Assembly (NCBI GenBank): GCA_963655175.1
Contig: CAVKDU010000007.1
Location: 6,801-70,800, forward strand
DNA: 64,000 nt
Origin: Wujia chipingensis
GTDB taxonomy: Bacteria; Bacteroidota; Bacteroidia; Bacteroidales; Muribaculaceae
Direction of reading: 5' to 3'
The notes beneath the pieces are model-generated. The model searched no databases. It saw only the letters and a program-made list of their open reading frames with translations, and was not told the DNA's origin. Every line of letters starts with the position of its first letter. The stretch's first letter is position 1. Both the position numbers and the translations under genes were made by a program. Shown here one piece after another: positions 61,870 to 64,000 of this stretch.

Positions 61870-64000
61870 ATGAATTTAAAGACATTTATCAATCGCCCGG
61901 TGCTGTCGACCGTGATCTCGGTGTTTATCGTGATTCTCGGCTGCATCGGACTATACAGCCTGCCGGTGGAGCAGTACCCCGACATCGCGCCGCCTACCGT
62001 GATGGTGTCGACCACCTACACCGGCGCCAACGCCCAAACGGTGATGAACTCAGTGATTGAGCCCCTTGAGGAGAGCATCAACGGCGCTCAGAACATGACC
62101 TACATGACCTCGTCGGCCACCAGCACCGGCAGCGCCTCGATCGACGTGTATTTTGAGCAGGGCTACGACCCCGACATGGCCGCAATCGATGTGCAGAACC
62201 GCGTGTCGCAGGCACAGAACCTGCTGCCGAGCGAGGTGACCCGCGTGGGTGTGACCACCCGCAAGCGCCAGACCTCGATGCTGCTGGGTGTCACCATCAG
62301 CGACACCACCGGCACCTACAGCCGCGAGTTCATCGACAACTACATGGCCATCAACATCATTCCCGAGCTGAAGCGTGTGAGCGGCGTGGGCGATGCAATG
62401 CAGATGGGTGCCGACTACTCGATGCGCATCTGGCTCAAGCCCGACGTGATGGCACAGTATGGCCTGCAGCCGAGCGACATCAGCGCAGCGCTGGCCGACC
62501 AGAACATTGAGGCCGCTCCTGGCGCGCTGGGCGAGCAGGGCAAGCAGAGCTTTGAATACAGTCTGCGCTACAAGGGCCGCCTGGCACAGCCGTCGGAGTT
62601 TGAAGACATTATTGTGCGCACCAACAGCGACGGCTCGGTGCTGCGCCTGAAAGACGTAGCCACCGTGGAGCTGGGCAGCCTGTCGTATACATTCAGCAAC
62701 CTTGTGAACGGTAAGACAGGTACCACCACCATCATATTCCAGTCGCCGGGCTCCAACGCCTCGTCGACCATCAACACTATCCTCGCCCGACTCGAGGAGA
62801 TGAAGAAAGACCTGCCCAAGGGCCTCATCTTCACCGTGCCCCTTAACACCAACACCTTCCTCGACGCCTCTATCGCCGAGGTGGAGAAGACACTGTTTGA
62901 GGCCTTCATCCTGGTGTTCCTTGTGGTGTACATCTTCCTGCAAGACCTGCGCTCCACCATCATCCCGTCGATTGCCATTCCTGTGGCCCTTGTGGGTACG
63001 TTTGCGGCAATCTACCTCATCGGGTTCTCGCTTAACCTGCTCACCCTCTCGGCCCTTGTGCTGGCCATCGCCATTGTGGTGGACGACGCCATTGTGGTGG
63101 TCGAGGCCGTGCACGCCAAGCTCGACGAAGGCTACCACAGCGCGCGCCAGGCTTCGATCGACGCCATGGGCGAGATTGGAAGCGCCATCATCTCGATTAC
63201 ACTGGTGATGATGCTTGTGTTCATTCCCGTGTCGTTCATGCCCGGCACCGAAGGCACATTCTACAAGCAGTTCGGTCTGACCATGGCATTCGCCATCGGC
63301 ATCTCGGCCATCAACGCCCTCACGCTGTCGCCGGCACTGTGCGCCGTGTTCCTGAAGCCGCACAAGACCGAAGACGACGACAAGAAGAAAAAGCAGAGCT
63401 TTGTGGCCAAGTTCCACAACGGCTTCAACGCCGGATACGACAAAGTGCTTAAGCGCTACAGCAAGATTGTGACCAACTTCATCCACGCCAAGTGGGTGAG
63501 CCTCGGCTTTGTGGCCGTGTCGATTGTGGCACTGGTGTTCCTCATGAAGACCACCGCCACCGGCTTCGTGCCCAACGAGGACACCGGCACCATCATGGCC
63601 GCCCTCACCATGCCCCCCGCCACATCGCAGGAGCGCACCAAAGCAGTGCTCGACTCGCTCGACGGCATTCTGGCACAGGTGCCCGCCATTGAGTCGCGCA
63701 CGGTGATTCAAGGCTACAGCTTCATGGGTGGCCAGGGCAACAACTACGGTTCGGTGATCATCAAGCTCAAAGACTGGGACAAGCGATCCAAGGAGGAGAG
63801 CGCCGACAACATTGTGAAGCAGCTCTACGGCATGACCATGGCTAAGATTAAAGTTGGTACCATCATGTACTTCCAGCCGCCTATGATCACCGGTTACGGT
63901 GCATCCAACGGTCTTGAGCTCCAGCTCGAGGACAAGACCGGCGGCGACATCAACAAGTTCTTCCAGATTGAGCAGCAGTTTGTGGCCGCCCTCAGCCAGC
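61870..64000 (+). CDS. Efflux RND transporter permease subunit (AcrB/MexB-like), 3' end beyond the window
   Basis: ATG at 61870. Hand translation gives MNLKTFINRPVLSTVISVFIVILGCIGLYSLPVEQYPDIAPPTVMVSTTYTGANAQ..., the canonical RND N-terminus. The frame stays open to the window end, so it is absent from the ORF track. Confidence 0.9.
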   Translation, partial: MNLKTFINRPVLSTVISVFIVILGCIGLYSLPVEQYPDIAPPTVMVSTTYTGANAQTVMNSVIEPLEESINGAQNMTYMTSSATSTGSASIDVYFEQGYDPDMAAIDVQNRVSQAQNLLPSEVTRVGVTTRKRQTSMLLGVTISDTTGTYSREFIDNYMAINIIPELKRVSGVGDAMQMGADYSMRIWLKPDVMAQYGLQPSDISAALADQNIEAAPGALGEQGKQSFEYSLRYKGRLAQPSEFEDIIVRTNSDGSVLRLKDVATVELGSLSYTFSNLVNGKTGTTTIIFQSPGSNASSTINTILARLEEMKKDLPKGLIFTVPLNTNTFLDASIAEVEKTLFEAFILVFLVVYIFLQDLRSTIIPSIAIPVALVGTFAAIYLIGFSLNLLTLSALVLAIAIVVDDAIVVVEAVHAKLDEGYHSARQASIDAMGEIGSAIISITLVMMLVFIPVSFMPGTEGTFYKQFGLTMAFAIGISAINALTLSPALCAVFLKPHKTEDDDKKKKQSFVAKFHNGFNAGYDKVLKRYSKIVTNFIHAKWVSLGFVAVSIVALVFLMKTTATGFVPNEDTGTIMAALTMPPATSQERTKAVLDSLDGILAQVPAIESRTVIQGYSFMGGQGNNYGSVIIKLKDWDKRSKEESADNIVKQLYGMTMAKIKVGTIMYFQPPMITGYGASNGLELQLEDKTGGDINKFFQIEQQFVAALSQ

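Noticed and set aside
7774-63711. Other long antisense ORFs in the track: 7774-9138, 15383-16480, 16500-18227, 22085-23653, 33187-34326, 35333-36529, 37943-39040, 45677-47209, 53686-54582 and 62050-63711. The numerous 60-200-aa Arg/Pro/Ala-rich ORFs belong in the same group.
   Set aside because: The reasoning is the same as above. Each overlaps a gene on the other strand or frame that has clear family motifs. Their composition (His/Arg/Gly/Ala/Val runs) is typical of out-of-frame translation of GC-rich coding DNA.
1-64000. CRISPR arrays, rRNA genes, tmRNA/RNase P, integrase or full-length transposase genes, prophage blocks.
   Set aside because: I saw no regularly spaced direct repeats, no rRNA-like conserved segments, and no ORF with tyrosine/serine recombinase or DDE transposase motifs apart from the 30-codon IS982-like remnant. 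Without a search tool, short or divergent ncRNAs could have been missed.

Overview
The window reads as a chromosomal segment of a GC-rich member of Bacteroidota, probably Bacteroidales. By hand count of sample lines, genes are roughly 55-65% G+C. The evidence for the phylum is a SusC/RagA-type TonB-linked porin, three large secreted proteins ending in T9SS C-terminal sorting domains, and the Bacteroidetes -7 promoter box TAnnTTTG in front of most transcription units. No database search or alignment tool was run, so all family names come from motifs I recognise in the translations.

Most of the window is ordinary housekeeping:
- Central genes: cmk, ispH, rnz, pepT, recF, pyrH, mtgA.
- Nucleotide signalling: a RelA/SpoT enzyme and a 7TM-HD phosphohydrolase.
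- Metabolism: aspartate aminotransferase and a PatB-like lyase.
- Regulators: a Fur-family regulator and an ECF sigma module.
- Efflux: an MFS transporter and the start of an RND pump.
- RNA genes: tRNA-Ser(GGA) and tRNA-Lys(UUU).

Three compositionally deviant insertions stand out:
1. A roughly 3 kb AT-rich islet (30182-33213) carries an HTH/C5-methyltransferase/NotI-family endonuclease operon and a truncated KilA-N-like fragment. It is bounded by 30-nt direct repeats (28/30 identical).
2. A roughly 1.5 kb AT-rich islet (49991-51493) carries a lone ADP-ribosylglycohydrolase, an IS982-like transposase N-terminal remnant and a 181-bp MITE-like element. The MITE-like element has 20-bp perfect terminal inverted repeats and a 7-bp duplication. 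The islet is bounded by 24-nt direct repeats (23/24 identical).
3. A mildly lower-GC HipB/HipA toxin-antitoxin module.

Other points worth a second look:
- A frameshifted plant-type LRR lipoprotein gene heads an operon with a lipoprotein and a TMEM43/DUF1625-like protein.
- A roughly 330-nt GC-rich untranslated leader lies in front of the RND operon.
- An orphan promoter sits in an AT-rich gap next to tRNA-Lys.

I did not find a convincing, clearly novel multi-gene system. The repeat-bounded, recombinase-less islets are the best candidates for something not yet described. No CRISPR array and no rRNA gene are present. The many long ORFs antisense to real genes are GC-rich shadow ORFs.
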